From Eledone cirrhosa (lineage: Eukaryota), in the NCBI GenBank assembly GCA_964016885.1, contig OZ024741.1:303924001-303988000 (forward strand): DNA of 64,000 nucleotides, written 5' to 3'. The position numbers were made by a program, and so were the translations under genes. Numbering within the stretch: the first letter of the stretch is position 1; each line of letters begins with the position of its first letter. Below are positions 14,202-27,499 of this stretch, in pieces. Under the pieces are notes generated by a model. It saw nothing but the letters and a program-made list of their open reading frames with translations, did not search any database and had not been told where the DNA came from.

Positions 14202-14644
14202 ACCACCACCACCACCACCACCACCACCACACACCACACACCACACACACACAAACGCGCGCTCGCACCACACATACACCACACACACAAACGCGCGCTC
14301 GCACGTGTACGCGAATATGAATAAATATATATATGTGCGCTTAAATGCGTGTATGCATGTATATATATATGTGTTTGTGTGTGTGTGTATGCATGTGTAC
14401 GTATGTATGTATGTAAAGATTGATAGATAGATATGTATGAGTGTGCGCGTATGCACATAAATGTATGTAAGTAAGTATGTATGTATGTATGTAAGTATGA
14501 ATGTATGTATGCAGGTATATATGTTTGTATGTATGTATGTGTGAATGTATATATTATGTATGTATGTGTGTATGTATGTATGTATGCAGGTATGTATGTA
14601 TTCATGCATTCATGTATGCAAGTATGAATGTATGTATGTACATA

Positions 14645-15203
14645 CCCATGGTCGGGTCGTTGACGACTAAACTGGCAACCCCACCAAGGTTTCTTGGTGA
14701 GGAGGGTGACTTTGGACATCCTGCAGGACTAAAAACAAAACCTGTCAAAGGGCAAAGGAGCTCTTAAGAGTCAATGGCCATCCAAAATCACCGGGAGAGA
14801 TGACCCCTTAGCCTTTGTCAAGGCAGAATTCTAGGAGAAGGAAAACTCTGATATAACACCTGCAACCCTGATGGTATCCAATGATGTTGACTTGTTCTTC
14901 TTTTTGGTAAATATCATCTTGGTTAAGAGAGTGGGACTGACTTTGTGCAGTGCCTTTGCTCACTATAAAAGCTTCACGGCACAGGCATTGCTTTATATCT
15001 GGAGATCTCTCTGCACTTGTCGTCACATGGTACCATGGGCCCAGCATTATGTGTCAATAATTGTCACAAGTGTAGTGTTTGTACCAGAGTTTTCAAGTCG
15101 CTGGCTGGACTAAAAAGTCACACTCGTTCAGCACATCGGTAGGGGTTCTCCTACATGGATATAAAGTAGTGGCCGTACTCGAAAACGAGTTGGCAGCCAC
15201 CAT
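14645..15203 (+). mobile_element. About 560-bp non-coding, non-autonomous element with an RTE-type 3' end, copy 1
   Basis: Near-identical to 41267-41840 and 43541-44117; ends GGCAGCCACCAT then (ATGT)n, like the RTE end at about 55130. Confidence 0.8.
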
Positions 15204-15321
15204 ATATGTAAGCATGTATGTATATATGTATGCATGTATGTATGTAAGTATTATGTATGTAAGTATGTATGTATATATGTATGCATGTATGAATATATGT
15301 ATGTATGTTTTCTCTTTCTCT

Positions 15322-16063
15322 TAATTTCGAGTATATTTTTTTGACCGGCCACCTTCCTGGTGGCAAGGTTGTAAAAGAAAAGAAATTGTCATCCCTTGAA
15401 TCGCAAGAATATTTTGCATATTTTGAAGGTGCCAGCTATCGCAGCCATTTGTAGACTATGAATTAGGGAGCTGTGCTTTTTGTCCGCAAATCCAAGTTCG
15501 GTCATACTTTGGTCCAAGCGGGTTGGTATATAACCCGTAGCACCAATAATGATGGGTATGAAGCTAAAGGTGTATCTTGGATACTGGATTTGTAAGCTCC
15601 TCATCAATGGTCCGTAGATGTCCTCCTTCTCCTGTATTTTTCTGACAACGTTTACATCAAGTGGGCAGCTGATCTCCACAACAGAACACGTTTTCAATGT
15701 GTGGTCCCAAACTACAATATCAGGCCGGTTGTGCTTTAATTTGGTGGCAGTTTTTATTTTCAGGTTCCACCAGTATTCCTTAGTGCCATCTGTCTCAATA
15801 TATTCTTCCTCGTTTGTTGTTAATTTTGTTTTCCGAAGTGCGTTCCAGATAGTTCTAGCTATCCCATCGTGTCTCATGGGGAGGTAGTAGCGAGATGACA
15901 TTCTTTCGCAGCTGGCAACAATGTGGCTACATCCTCGATCTTTGTTTTACATAGCCTACATTTATTGTCAGCTGCTGGCCCTCCTCTTTTGTGCAGCAGA
16001 TATTTGGTAGGGAGTTCTTGTTCCTGTATTGCATAGAGATATCCCTCAAGGTGTGATGTCATA
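15322..16063 (-). mobile_element. R4/Dong-like non-LTR fragment (zinc knuckle plus restriction-like endonuclease)
   Basis: EGYLYAIQEQEL, CRLC..H...C, RHD, HNRPDIVVWD...VEISCP, IPIIIGATG; (ATGT)n on both sides. Confidence 0.85.
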
Positions 16064-16086
16064 AATGTATGTATGTATGTATGTAT

Positions 16087-16552
16087 GCCTAAGCAAAGCT
16101 GGACTCGAAAGTCATCTTCGCAGTCATAAAGTAAGACCAGTGGTTGACTACCAGGCTGCTGTTGGAGATGCTACTCATCATGCTTGCCAAGCATGTGGTA
16201 GAGAATGTAAATCAGCAGGAGGGCTCAAACGACATGCAAAAGTACATGAACTCCAACCACAGCCGGCTATTCCCAGTGAATGTTTTGGTTGCCGACTCTG
16301 TGCAAGACATTTTAGATCATTGGCTAGACTAAAAAGCTACATTCGATCGCAGCGCTGTTAATTGCTATCGTGTGTGTGTGTATAGATATGTTTATGTGTG
16401 TGCGTATGTGTGTATATATATATATGTATATTATTATTGTTGTTGTTGTCGTTATTATTATTGTTGTTATTATTATTATTATTGTTATTAATATTTTTTT
16501 TCTCGTGCAATGGCCATACTCGATAACGAGAGGAGGGGGGGCAGCCATCATG
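16087..16552 (+). mobile_element. RTE-like 3' terminal fragment with about 3 C2H2-like fingers
   Basis: SKAGLESHLRSH, CQACGRECKSAGGLKRHAKVH, CRLCARHFRSLARLKSYIRS; ends GGCAGCCATC(ATGT)n; preceded by (ATGT)n. Confidence 0.7.
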
Positions 16553-17239
16553 TATGTATGTATATCTATGTATTGTATTGTATAGTGTTTATGTATTTAA
16601 CTGACGGCACAATGTCAAATATGTTTGTAATTAAGAACGGTTACTGTCAATCGAATGACTTCCGGTCGATTCCGGCCAAGCCACGCGCCACAGCTTGTAC
16701 AGTCACCCACCTACCACTGTCACTACTACTACCACCTCCATCTACCACTAGTTAGCCACACCCACTGTCACATTGCTATTTCATTGATAAAACATCAAGC
16801 CACAGTTTCCAGCTCGTCTTCACTCATTCCCTCCCTTGCCTAGTTGCCTTATATATTCTTTTCTTTACTCTCCACTACCGTAAGCATTCCATTGCCCACC
16901 TCACCCCAACCCCATTTTCTCAATTCTCACCCTAGGTCTCTCCCTCCCCCTCCCCCCTCTCTCTCTCTCTCTCTCTCACCTGCTTTCGCTCCCGCTTGCT
17001 CTCTGTCCTCCGTCTCAATGTATCTATTTGACTATCTGTATATATATAGGGAAATGTTTAACCCCGACGGCAGAGCTCAAGCCGTTTCGACGGCTATTTC
17101 TGGACCAGAAATAGCCGTCGAAACGGCTTGAGCTCTGCCGTCGGTGTTAAACATTTTCCTATTACCCACTCTACTACCCTAAGTATTGAGTACTCTGGTG
17201 CGTTATGGTCTATCTGGTTCCTTACCACACTTCGTTCGT

Positions 17240-17270
<31 letters not shown>

Positions 17271-17443
17271 CAACCCCACACCATATATATATAGAGATAG
17301 AGAGATAGATAGAGAGATATTCACACATATATATATAATTTAAATATCGTCTGTACACTCACACTCATGCGTGTATGTATATATATATATATATATATAT
17401 ACAATATATTAACAAATGGAAACTATATTTATAAAACCATATT

Positions 17444-17508
17444 TATTTCATTATACATATTTCAAGGACACCAAAGCAAATTATGGTGCGCTTTCATCAG
17501 ATAAAATA
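17444..17508 (-). ncRNA. Minimal type I hammerhead
   Basis: UAUUUUAU CUGAUGA AAGCGCACCA..UGGUGUCCUU GAAAUAUGUAUA|AUGAAAUA; 8-bp helix I. Confidence 0.72.
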
Positions 17509-17760
17509 TAATATAGATCAGTTTTATAAACAAATATTGACATACCCTTAAAGAATGCAACCATGTCGGTTGGAAGCTCCCGGATAGTATTGTATTGTTG
17601 AGTGCTTTATATCAGTTATAAAAATATTTGCGTGTTGTATCCCAACAAATTAAATATAACTTCTACATATTGGCTTCTTGCTACAATAATTTCTATACTT
17701 TTCATTTATTTATATATATATATACATACATATATACTCACATACGTATACATGCATATC

Positions 17761-17793
<33 letters not shown>

Positions 17794-17794
17794 T

Positions 17795-17889
<95 letters not shown>

Positions 17890-17891
<2 letters not shown>

Positions 17892-18663
17892 TGTTTCTTT
17901 TATTTGCCACCAGGGCATCAAAAGTGGGACAAGTACAAGGGGGGGGAGTTTACACAAAAAGGCGTCCTCAATAAGGAGGCAATAACAAAGTATAAAAATA
18001 AAATAAAATATAACAAAAAATAAAATTTATAACAAAATCCTCAATAGAGAGGAGGCGCCTTGGGGGTCGCACACACCCCCGAAAAAAGTGTGCAACCCTT
18101 TTCCTCAGGAGCACAGAGAGGGGGTGCTCCCTCGTTCCTTCCTCCTTTCCACCTACAGGCTTATGTAAAGAGAAGGCCCATTCACACGGGCCATTCTCGC
18201 CACTTTCACCCACCTTTCATAAAAACGACTGGGGTGGAGCACCTCTCTCTCCATCCTGATCCTTCTTCCGAAATGATATCGGAAGAAACGGACCAGTTGT
18301 TGGCCAGAGAGAAAGGTGCCTGACCTCAGTCCTTTCAGACGCGTCCACCATACAACTTCTTTCACCATGGCTATTACGCACAGAAACACCGCCTCTCCTT
18401 CATCTTTGAAGGGGGAGGCGGCTTGATCATTACAATAGACTCGGTGGTCAACCGGATCGGTCCCACCCTTGACAGCAGTTGTTCGACATAGCCCCACAGA
18501 TCGGCTACGCCCGAGCAGTGTACCAATGCGTGTGCAACGGTTTCCTCGTCGCACACGCATCTGGGACAGATCTTTTTGGCGGGGTCCCTACCCGGGCGCC
18601 CGTGTCTGTAGAGCTTTTCTCGAACGGGTAGAGCCCCTCGGTAGCACTGCCAGGCCAGGGACT
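17890..18663 (-). mobile_element. 5'-truncated Tx1-like copy
   Basis: Encodes MVKEVVWWTRLKGLRSGTFLSGQQL...NGPSLYISL, nearly the same as the 830-1340 region; (GATA)n on both sides. Confidence 0.92.
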
Positions 18664-18694
18664 TAGATAGATAGATAGATAGATAGATAGATAT

Positions 18695-18746
<52 letters not shown>

Positions 18747-18923
18747 ATATAAAGTGATTGCTTTGTTCCTTTGTCTTTCCTGTTCGAATTCTACTCCAGT
18801 TTCTCGTGATGTCAATAACAGGTGTATATTGTGACTTTGTCACTAAACGTACGACTGTCCTTAGATCAGCGAACTTCTTAACCATTCAGCCATTCTCTGG
18901 CCATCACACACACACACACACAC

Positions 18924-18985
<62 letters not shown>

Positions 18986-19099
18986 TAAAGTAATTCCTTC
19001 TGCAACCAACCAATCAAAACAAAGAACCGCAGAACACCTCAATGGAATGGGAAATGGTAATTTAAAGCTGTATACGGATATTTCCCGTATAAGGAACCA

Positions 19100-19172
19100 G
19101 GAGTCTGATGAGCTATTGATTCCTGCGTCGGGCGCGATCGAGGCTGATCAATCGCGAAACGTGCGTCACACG
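19100..19172 (+). ncRNA. Hammerhead-like motif with extended helix II
   Basis: GT CTGATGA GC..GC GAAACGTGCGTC|AC; CTGATGA 19105, GAAA 19156; AATAAA just downstream. Confidence 0.6.
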
Positions 19173-20007
19173 TGAATAAATAAAATGAGGATACTTTGAC
19201 ACCTTGTTCCTTCTCTGGTAGTATCGGTAGAGCGTCAGACAACATACTTTGCAGCATAGAGTTATGTCCCTTTACGTTCTAAGTTCAAATCCCGCAGAGG
19301 TTAGCTTTGCCTTTCATCCTTATGGGATATACATATGTATATATATATATAAGTTTAGGAATAACCAAAGAGTGCTTAGAAATACATTGTTTTATTTGCT
19401 AACAGTGTTTCATCCATACCCTAGGGCAGGAATCATCGGAGCCTATAAACAAAATATATCAAAGGTTGCAGGCTCCATCGAGCCTAGTTACCAGAACAAG
19501 GAAGAAGGACAAGTAGGGGGGCACACAATATATGATACATATAATGTCATAAAAAATTACATCAAACGTTTATCACATAAATGGTACAATAGATCATAAA
19601 GAGGTTGAGAGAGGAGAGCAAGAAATGAATGAGGGTGTTACTCAGCATGATCAAAAAACAAACCAAGCATAGATACATCAATTCACAAGCAGTGCAAGTA
19701 TATGATTTACAGGCAGAGTATGAAAGCTTGTAAGCAGGAGTCAGTAAACATAAAAGTTGGTTAGCTGTGGTGCAGCTTTACAGGACAATATATCTGTGTG
19801 TCTGTGCACATTAGTATAATTGTCAACGAAACTATGTATATATATATATGTATATATATTAGATAGGGTGTGGGGTAAAAACCATCTAGACCTTAACCCA
19901 CCAGAGTACTCGATACTTAGAGTAGTACCCCGACCGTATTTATATATGCATACATATATATATATATAAATATGTGTGTGTGTATGTATGTGTGTATGCA
20001 TGTATAA

Positions 20008-20086
<79 letters not shown>

Positions 20087-20155
20087 ATCAAGGTTTAGCA
20101 AATAAGAAAAAGTTTCAAAATAAATTTCAAAAAATTCACTGTACTTACTATGGTT

Positions 20156-20242
20156 ACCTTTACCGAAACGGTTTCGAGTCTCAAAAATAAATGGACAGTC
20201 CTTGCGGCCTTCCATTGAAAAGATAAACTCTCGTCAGAAGGT
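20156..20242 (-). ncRNA. Type I hammerhead ribozyme, intact core
   Basis: Minus strand: ACCUU CUGACGA GAGU..long loop..ACUC GAAA CCG UUU CGG UA|AAGGU; helices I, II and III all pair. Confidence 0.85.
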
Positions 20243-20618
20243 TCTTTTCACTCGGAGAATATAAAATTCCCGAGTTCGAATTACGAACTAACGCTATTCA
20301 AAATTGTTCCCGAGATGAGAATGAATGATGTGGAAGCAATTCTGTCCAGTCCCGTGTGCAAAGATAGAGACAGAGGCAGGGAGGTCAGTCTACAAAACGA
20401 CCAAATTTTATCTCGACTAGGGGGAAATTAATAATAATAAAGTATATATCCCTACACGCAAAAAACATATAGGGACACATGTATTATCCAATCATATGCC
20501 AATGTGGTTCTATGGCAGGTTAATAAATTAACGAGCCAGAACATATATAATCAAGGTTTAGCAAATAAGAAAAAGTTTCAAAATAAATTTCAAAAAATTC
20601 ACTGTACTTACTATGGTT

Positions 20619-20705
20619 ACCTTTACCGAAACGGTTTCGAGTCTCAAAAATAAATGGATAGTCCTTGCGGCCTTCCATTGAAAAGATAAAATCTCGTCAG
20701 AAGGT
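20619..20705 (-). ncRNA. Second hammerhead copy, 463 nt from the first
   Basis: Same core; one substitution in helix II (GAG to GAU). Confidence 0.8.
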
Positions 20706-20767
20706 TCTTTTCACTCGGAGAATATAAAGTTTGAATTACGAACTGGCGCTATTCAAAATTGTTCCCG

Positions 20768-21585
<818 letters not shown>

Positions 21586-22975
21586 CTGCTGCCATTCGTC
21601 TGTTCGTTTTTACCCTTTCTAGCAGTCTCTCTCTCTCTGTTAGCCTCCTCCTCAACTTTCACTCACTCATTCTCTGTCACTACCTCTCCTCCTCCTCTTT
21701 CCTCCTCCTCCTTCAAGTTTGACCTGTGTGTAATTCTTTTCTCGCGCGGTCTTGACCAAGCTGGTATGGAAATTTTTTTCTCTCTCTCTCTTTCGTCTGC
21801 GACTTCACAAAACTTATGTTTACCGAATTCGTAGACCAGACCCCTTTATCTTCTTCTTCTTCTTCTTCTTCTTCTTCTTCTTCTTCTTCTTCTTCTTCTT
21901 CTTCTTCTTCTTCTTCTTCTTCTTCTTCTTCTTCTTCTTCTCTCCTTTTTCCCCCCTGTCAGACTTGTGCGAAATTCTTTCCTTGCTCACATTTCAACCA
22001 GGTTTGATGGTCTTTTGTCTCTTGTTCACGATTTCACCGAGTTTATATTCATAGAGATCTGGGACTTGTCTATTTCTTCTCACTTTCCGTTGCTTAAACC
22101 TTTTTGTTTGTTACCCTGGCGTCCCCTTTGTTTACGTGTCCCAACGACTTTTTTTAGCCGTTGTTCGCACCAACCTGAGGCATATGGCCCTTAAAGCGAT
22201 GAAATGCCTGGGACGGTTGGAGGGTCACTGATGAAGGACTTACTTTTTCATATGCCCAACCATTTGCAACGGGCAGCCTATTATTATCATATTTACACAT
22301 AACTTTTCTTCTGCTGCCATTCGTCTGTTCGTTTTTACCCTTTCTAGCAGTCTCTCTCTCTGTTAGCCTCCTCCTCAACTTTCACTCACTCATTCTCTGT
22401 CACTACCTCTCCTCCTCCTCTTTCCTCCTCCTCCTTCAAGTTTGACCTGTGTGTAATTCTTTTCTCGCGCGGTCTTGACCAAGCTGGTATGGAAATTTTT
22501 TTCTCTCTCTCTCTTTCGTCTGCGACTTCACAAAACTTATGTTTACTGAATTCGTAGACCAGACCCCTTTATCTTCTTCTTCTTCTTCTTCTTCTATTTC
22601 TTCTTCTTCTTCTTCTTCTTCTTCTTCTTCTTCTTCTATCCCCCCCCCCGTTAGACTTGTGCGAAATTCTTTCCTTGCTCACATTTCAACCAGGTTTGAT
22701 GGTCTTTTGTCTCTTGTTCACGATTTCACCGAGTTTATATTCATAGAGATCTGGGACTTGTCTATTTCTTCTCACTTTCCGTTGCTTAAACCTTTTTGTT
22801 TGTTACCCTGGCGTCCCCTTTGTTTACGTGTCCCAACGACTTTTTTTAGCCGTTGTTCGCACCAACCTGAGGCATATGGCCCTTAAAGCGATGAAATGCC
22901 TGGGACGGTTGGAGGGTCACTGATGAAGGACTTACTTTTTCATATGCCCAACCATTTGCAACGGGCAGCCTATTA
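21586..22975 (+). repeat. Tandem duplication of a ~700-bp pyrimidine-rich element; relatives at 9711-10360 (minus) and 10750-11485 (plus)
   Basis: Units start at 21586 and 22311; shared GCACCAACC.GAGG, GCGATGAAA and CACTGAYGAAGGAC; all within (TA)n. Confidence 0.85.
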
Positions 22976-22976
22976 T

Positions 22977-23057
<81 letters not shown>

Positions 23058-23074
23058 ATATATATATATGTATG

Positions 23075-23144
<70 letters not shown>

Positions 23145-23146
<2 letters not shown>

Positions 23147-23731
23147 ATCAAACTACACACACACCAGTACACCACACTCCCTCCATAGAACCACACACAC
23201 CCTTCTCTCCCCGCTCCACCCACACCCTCGCTCAACACTCACTCATCCCACTAACACCCCTACTAATACTCACACACACACCCTCCTCACTCCAACTTTC
23301 ACACCTACCCATCCTCGCCCCTTTACCATTCCACCGACTGCTGCTATGCCCTCTGACCACCTCCCAGCACAAATAGACCACAGTACTCCCACTGCTGACC
23401 ACTTCCTGTTGCGCGCGCACCCCACATCTCTCCTCTTCCGACCATCGCTTCATGGAATACCCACACGCAGAAATTGACCAGCCACCAATCCACTATACAT
23501 CTTTGGACTTTACCAACTTTTCAACCATCCTTCTTACGTAATCACCTATATAACTCACCCACACACACAACCCCAAAAAAATTTTTTTTCTCCACACGCC
23601 ACCTACACCCACAACACGCTTAAACCCCACACACGTGCTTTTCACCACATATCTACACCCTCAGCCTCCTGATTCCTCTCCCCCCCACCCCTCTATCCAC
23701 ACACGCACAGACACTCCGACCCACAAACTTA

Positions 23732-23762
<31 letters not shown>

Positions 23763-24245
23763 CTCTTCCTGAACATGCAACCCCGTTCTTCCCCCAACCC
23801 TTACTTTCACATACACACACACACGCACACCTACACACACACACCACCTTCAGCCCTCCCCGCTCGGACACCCCGTCTCCCTCTCCCCACTCCACCCTCC
23901 ACCACCCCTACACACCCCACACCCTTCCACCACCTGTTTAACCCCCTTTTAATTTCAGTTTATTTTGATCATGCCTTTATTTTTAAATTTATCTCATTCC
24001 TTGTATTTTGATCATGCTTTATTTTCATTTTTATCTTTATTTTTTATTTTTTCATTCGCACCGTTTCCTTTCGCTATATGTCTCTCCACCACTCCCCTAC
24101 ACACCCTTTGAACTCTGTTCCCACACACTTCCCACCTGAGGAAGGGCTTATGCCCGAAACATCGTCCCCCACCAACACCCCACTCTCCAGAGCGTGAAAT
24201 TAATAAACATTTGTTGTACTGCCTCTCTGTTTTTTCCCTGTTCAA
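23145..24245 (+). mobile_element. Degenerate Penelope-like 3' fragment with a hammerhead-bearing terminal repeat
   Basis: C/A-rich degenerate body; hammerhead core at 24136-24166; AATAAA near 24202; (TA)n flanks. Confidence 0.55.
24130..24172 (+). ncRNA. Penelope-type minimal hammerhead core
   Basis: CTGAGGA A GGGC-ttat-GCCC GAAAC ATC GTC; helix I not evident. Confidence 0.55.
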
Positions 24246-24351
24246 ATTTTTCCATTATATATATATATATATATAACGAAGGAAATGTGGTAAGGAACCA
24301 GGTGGACCATAACGCACCAAAGTACTCAATACTTGAGGTAGTAGAGTGGTT

Positions 24352-24476
<125 letters not shown>

Positions 24477-24496
24477 AAGTCCCACATAAAATGCAA

Positions 24497-24529
<33 letters not shown>

Positions 24530-24639
24530 TAGCCACAGTAGAACCAGTAATATTGTCCCGGCATAACCATAGTTCATGCGCTCGAAATAGATAAAAGGAC
24601 ATGTGCATGTATGTGAATGTAAATATGTATATATCATAA

Positions 24640-25484
24640 TCTATAAAGCCCAGTGTATGGTCATGCTCCTTTGTTATAGAAATCTACGATATAGAATTTC
24701 TTCAATGGAAATTTACAATTCAGTATTCGAAATAGCTTCGATTGGGTATTGGCACATATAATTTTTTCTATTTCACCCACAATTACGCAAAAAATCGATA
24801 AAACTTAATATTTCAAAACGATATTCCTCTCTCATTTCAAGTGCTTCCCTCTTACCATTCAAAATCTATATAACTTCATACTTTCTGCTACTTTCTCTTT
24901 CCAAGCTTGATGGTCCGTTTTACTCTCTCATGTCATCTGCTTTCCTCTATCTACAACCCACACATTTTGCTACTTTCTCTTTTATACTTCAAACTTACTG
25001 ATTTATTTTCAAACGCATACAAACACACACTCACTTCAAATGATAAAAAAAACATTTAAAGCAATTAAACAACGTGCGTGATTTATAACCACACTAACTT
25101 TTACTTAATTCCCCTCTTACCTACATAGGGCATCGAGTCTCTTTTAACACACCATGAAGTTTTGAAACAGCACATCCGCTGCCGTTCGTGGAAAACGAAG
25201 AGGCCCTATTCACCTGCGAACGTTTTACACCCCTTCCACGACTATTAAATTCTTACAATTATGAGAACAATAACATGGCCTTTTTCAAGGCAACCTCACA
25301 TTCAATTCTTACACCATTCTACGAGGGGGTAGGAACCCCTTTACAGGGCTTTCTATACACTTACAAATAGATTCATTCGGTGTAAACTTATATCAATCTT
25401 TGCCTGAATAATCATAATTCAGTGCAATCATTAACAGTACTTTCAAGCAATTCAGCCCCGAGCAACGCCGGGCACTTCTGCTAG
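24640..25484 (+). mobile_element. Non-autonomous Helitron
   Basis: 5' A|TCTATAAA at 24640 (tentative); 3' GC hairpin CCCG-agcaacgc-CGGG at about 25457-25472 followed by CTAG|T at 25481-25485; no TSD. Confidence 0.65.
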
Positions 25485-25555
25485 TATATATATATATATA
25501 ATTGCATTCGTTGGCTTAGCTGCGGCTCGAGTTTCGACTATGCTGTACTTCCATT

Positions 25556-25618
<63 letters not shown>

Positions 25619-26048
25619 TATATATATATATATATATATATAACAAAGAAGATGTGGTAATATACCCGGTAGACCATAACGCACCAGAGTACGCGATACT
25701 TAGGGTAGTAGAGTGGGTAATAGGAAAAGAGTCAGGACCCCGACGGCTGAGCTCCGGCCGTTTCGACAACTAGATCTGATCAGTTCGTATCTAGCTGTCG
25801 AAACGGCCGGAGCTCAACCGTCGGGGTCCTGACTCTTTATGTATATATATATATATAATATTTTAAAAAGTGTCCAACACAGAGATGCAATAACAATAGA
25901 GTTTCATGTTTGTGAGATAAGAAAAGTAAAGTTCAACGTATCGGACGTTTGTCCTTTATCGGGAGTAGAGGAAACCTAAAGATGAGATTCAGTGATTAGA
26001 AAAGGATAAAAAGTGAGGACATGTGAGTGTGTGTGCTACGTATAAGTA

Positions 26049-26690
26049 TGCGCATAGCGAGGTCCTACCGATGTCTATGTGCATAGCGAGGTGCCGCCGA
26101 TGTCTATGTGCATAGCGAGGTGCCGCCGATGTCTATGTGCATAGCGAGGTGCCGCCGATGTCTATTCGCATAGTGGAGTGCCGCCGATGTCTATGTGCAT
26201 AGCGAGGTGCCGCCGATGTCTATGTGTATAGCGAGGTGCCGCGGATGTCTATGTGCATAGCGAGGTGCCGCCGATGTATATGCGCATAATGGGGTGCCGC
26301 CGATGTATATGTGCATAGTGGGGTGCCGCCGATGTCTATGTGCATAGTGGGGTGCCTCCAATGTATATGTGCATAGTGGGGTGCCGCCGATGTCTATGCG
26401 CATAATGGGGTGCCGCCGATGTATATGTGCATAGTGGGGTGCCGCCGATGTATATGCGCATAATGGGGTGCCGCCGATGTATATGTGCATAATGGGGTGC
26501 CGCCGATGTATATGTGCATAGTGGAGTGCCGCCGATGTATATGCGCATAATGGGGTGCCGCCGATGTATATGTGCATAATGGGGTGCCGCCGATGTCTAT
26601 GTGCATAGTGGGGTGCTGCGTGTGTATGTGCATAGTGGGGTGCCGCCGATGTCTATGCGCACAGCGGGGTGCTGCGTGTGTGGTGCTGCG
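26049..26690. repeat. 29-bp GC-rich minisatellite, about 22 copies
   Basis: Unit GTGCATAGYGRGGTGCCGCCGATGTMTAT; period 29 (tgtctat at 26101 and 26130). Confidence 0.95.
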
Positions 26691-26819
26691 TATATGTGCA
26701 TAAGTGTATATGTGTATTCGTTTATTGGTTATAGCCTCAATAGATTTCTAATCATTTGTACAGTCCTATCGATGAATAAATACTTCGATTAGATTAATTT
26801 AGTCTCATATGTATGTTTG

Positions 26820-27140
26820 TTGGACCTCCAGCGCTTCCGATGACGAGTATTCTAGATGTCTGATCAACGATACAGCCTGCACATGAAGTTAATGTGCAAG
26901 TGGCTGAGCATTCCACAGACACATGTACACTTAACGCAATTCTCAGGGCGATTCAGCGGGACAATACGTGTGACAAGGCTGGCTCTTTGAATTTACAGGT
27001 AGAACTTACTTTTGCCAGCTGAGTGGGACTGGAGTATCATGAAATAAAGTGCCTTGCTCAAGGACACAGCACGCCGCTAGGAATCGAACTCATGAACTTA
27101 CAGTCATGATCCGAACACCCTAAACACCAAGCCACGCGCC
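26820..27140 (-). mobile_element. tRNA-derived SINE family A with a CORE-like domain; other copies at 8370-8648 (minus), 8855-9075 (plus), 52458-52650 (plus)
   Basis: GGCGCGTGGCTTGGTG A-box, GAGTTCGATTCC B-box, then TGTGTCCTTGAGCAAGGCACTTTATTTC. Confidence 0.8.
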
Positions 27141-27499
27141 TTGTCACAACATACATGTATCTGGTTAAAATGTGTGTTTGTGTGTGTGTGCGCACGCATG
27201 TGGGTGTGTATGCGTGTGTGTGTATCTATTTCTCCCTCTCTATCTCTCTCGCTATCTCTCTCTATCTTTCACCCCCCCCCCCCTATCTCTATCTCTCTCT
27301 CTCTCTCTCTTTCTCTTACACACTCTCTCCAATTCCACCTCTCCTCCGTCTATCTCTCTCTTATTCGATGTCTTTATATCACTTCTTTATCTCTCTCCTC
27401 CTCCTCCCACCAGTTTTCTCCTCCTTTTTTTTTATTTCTTACCACACCTTAATGTTTATCTTGAAGTTCGTGTTCCAATAGTAAACATCTATTGCCGCC

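Noticed and set aside
16065-16361. Host C2H2 zinc-finger gene
   Set aside because: Bounded by (ATGT)n and followed by an RTE-type 3' end; an equivalent finger tail follows RTE sequence at 36857-37093
26049-26690. CRISPR-like 29-bp repeats
   Set aside because: Units are contiguous with no unique spacers, no cas genes, eukaryotic context
27060-27140. tRNA genes (A/B boxes) here and at other sites
   Set aside because: No full cloverleaf; each continues into a repeated SINE body
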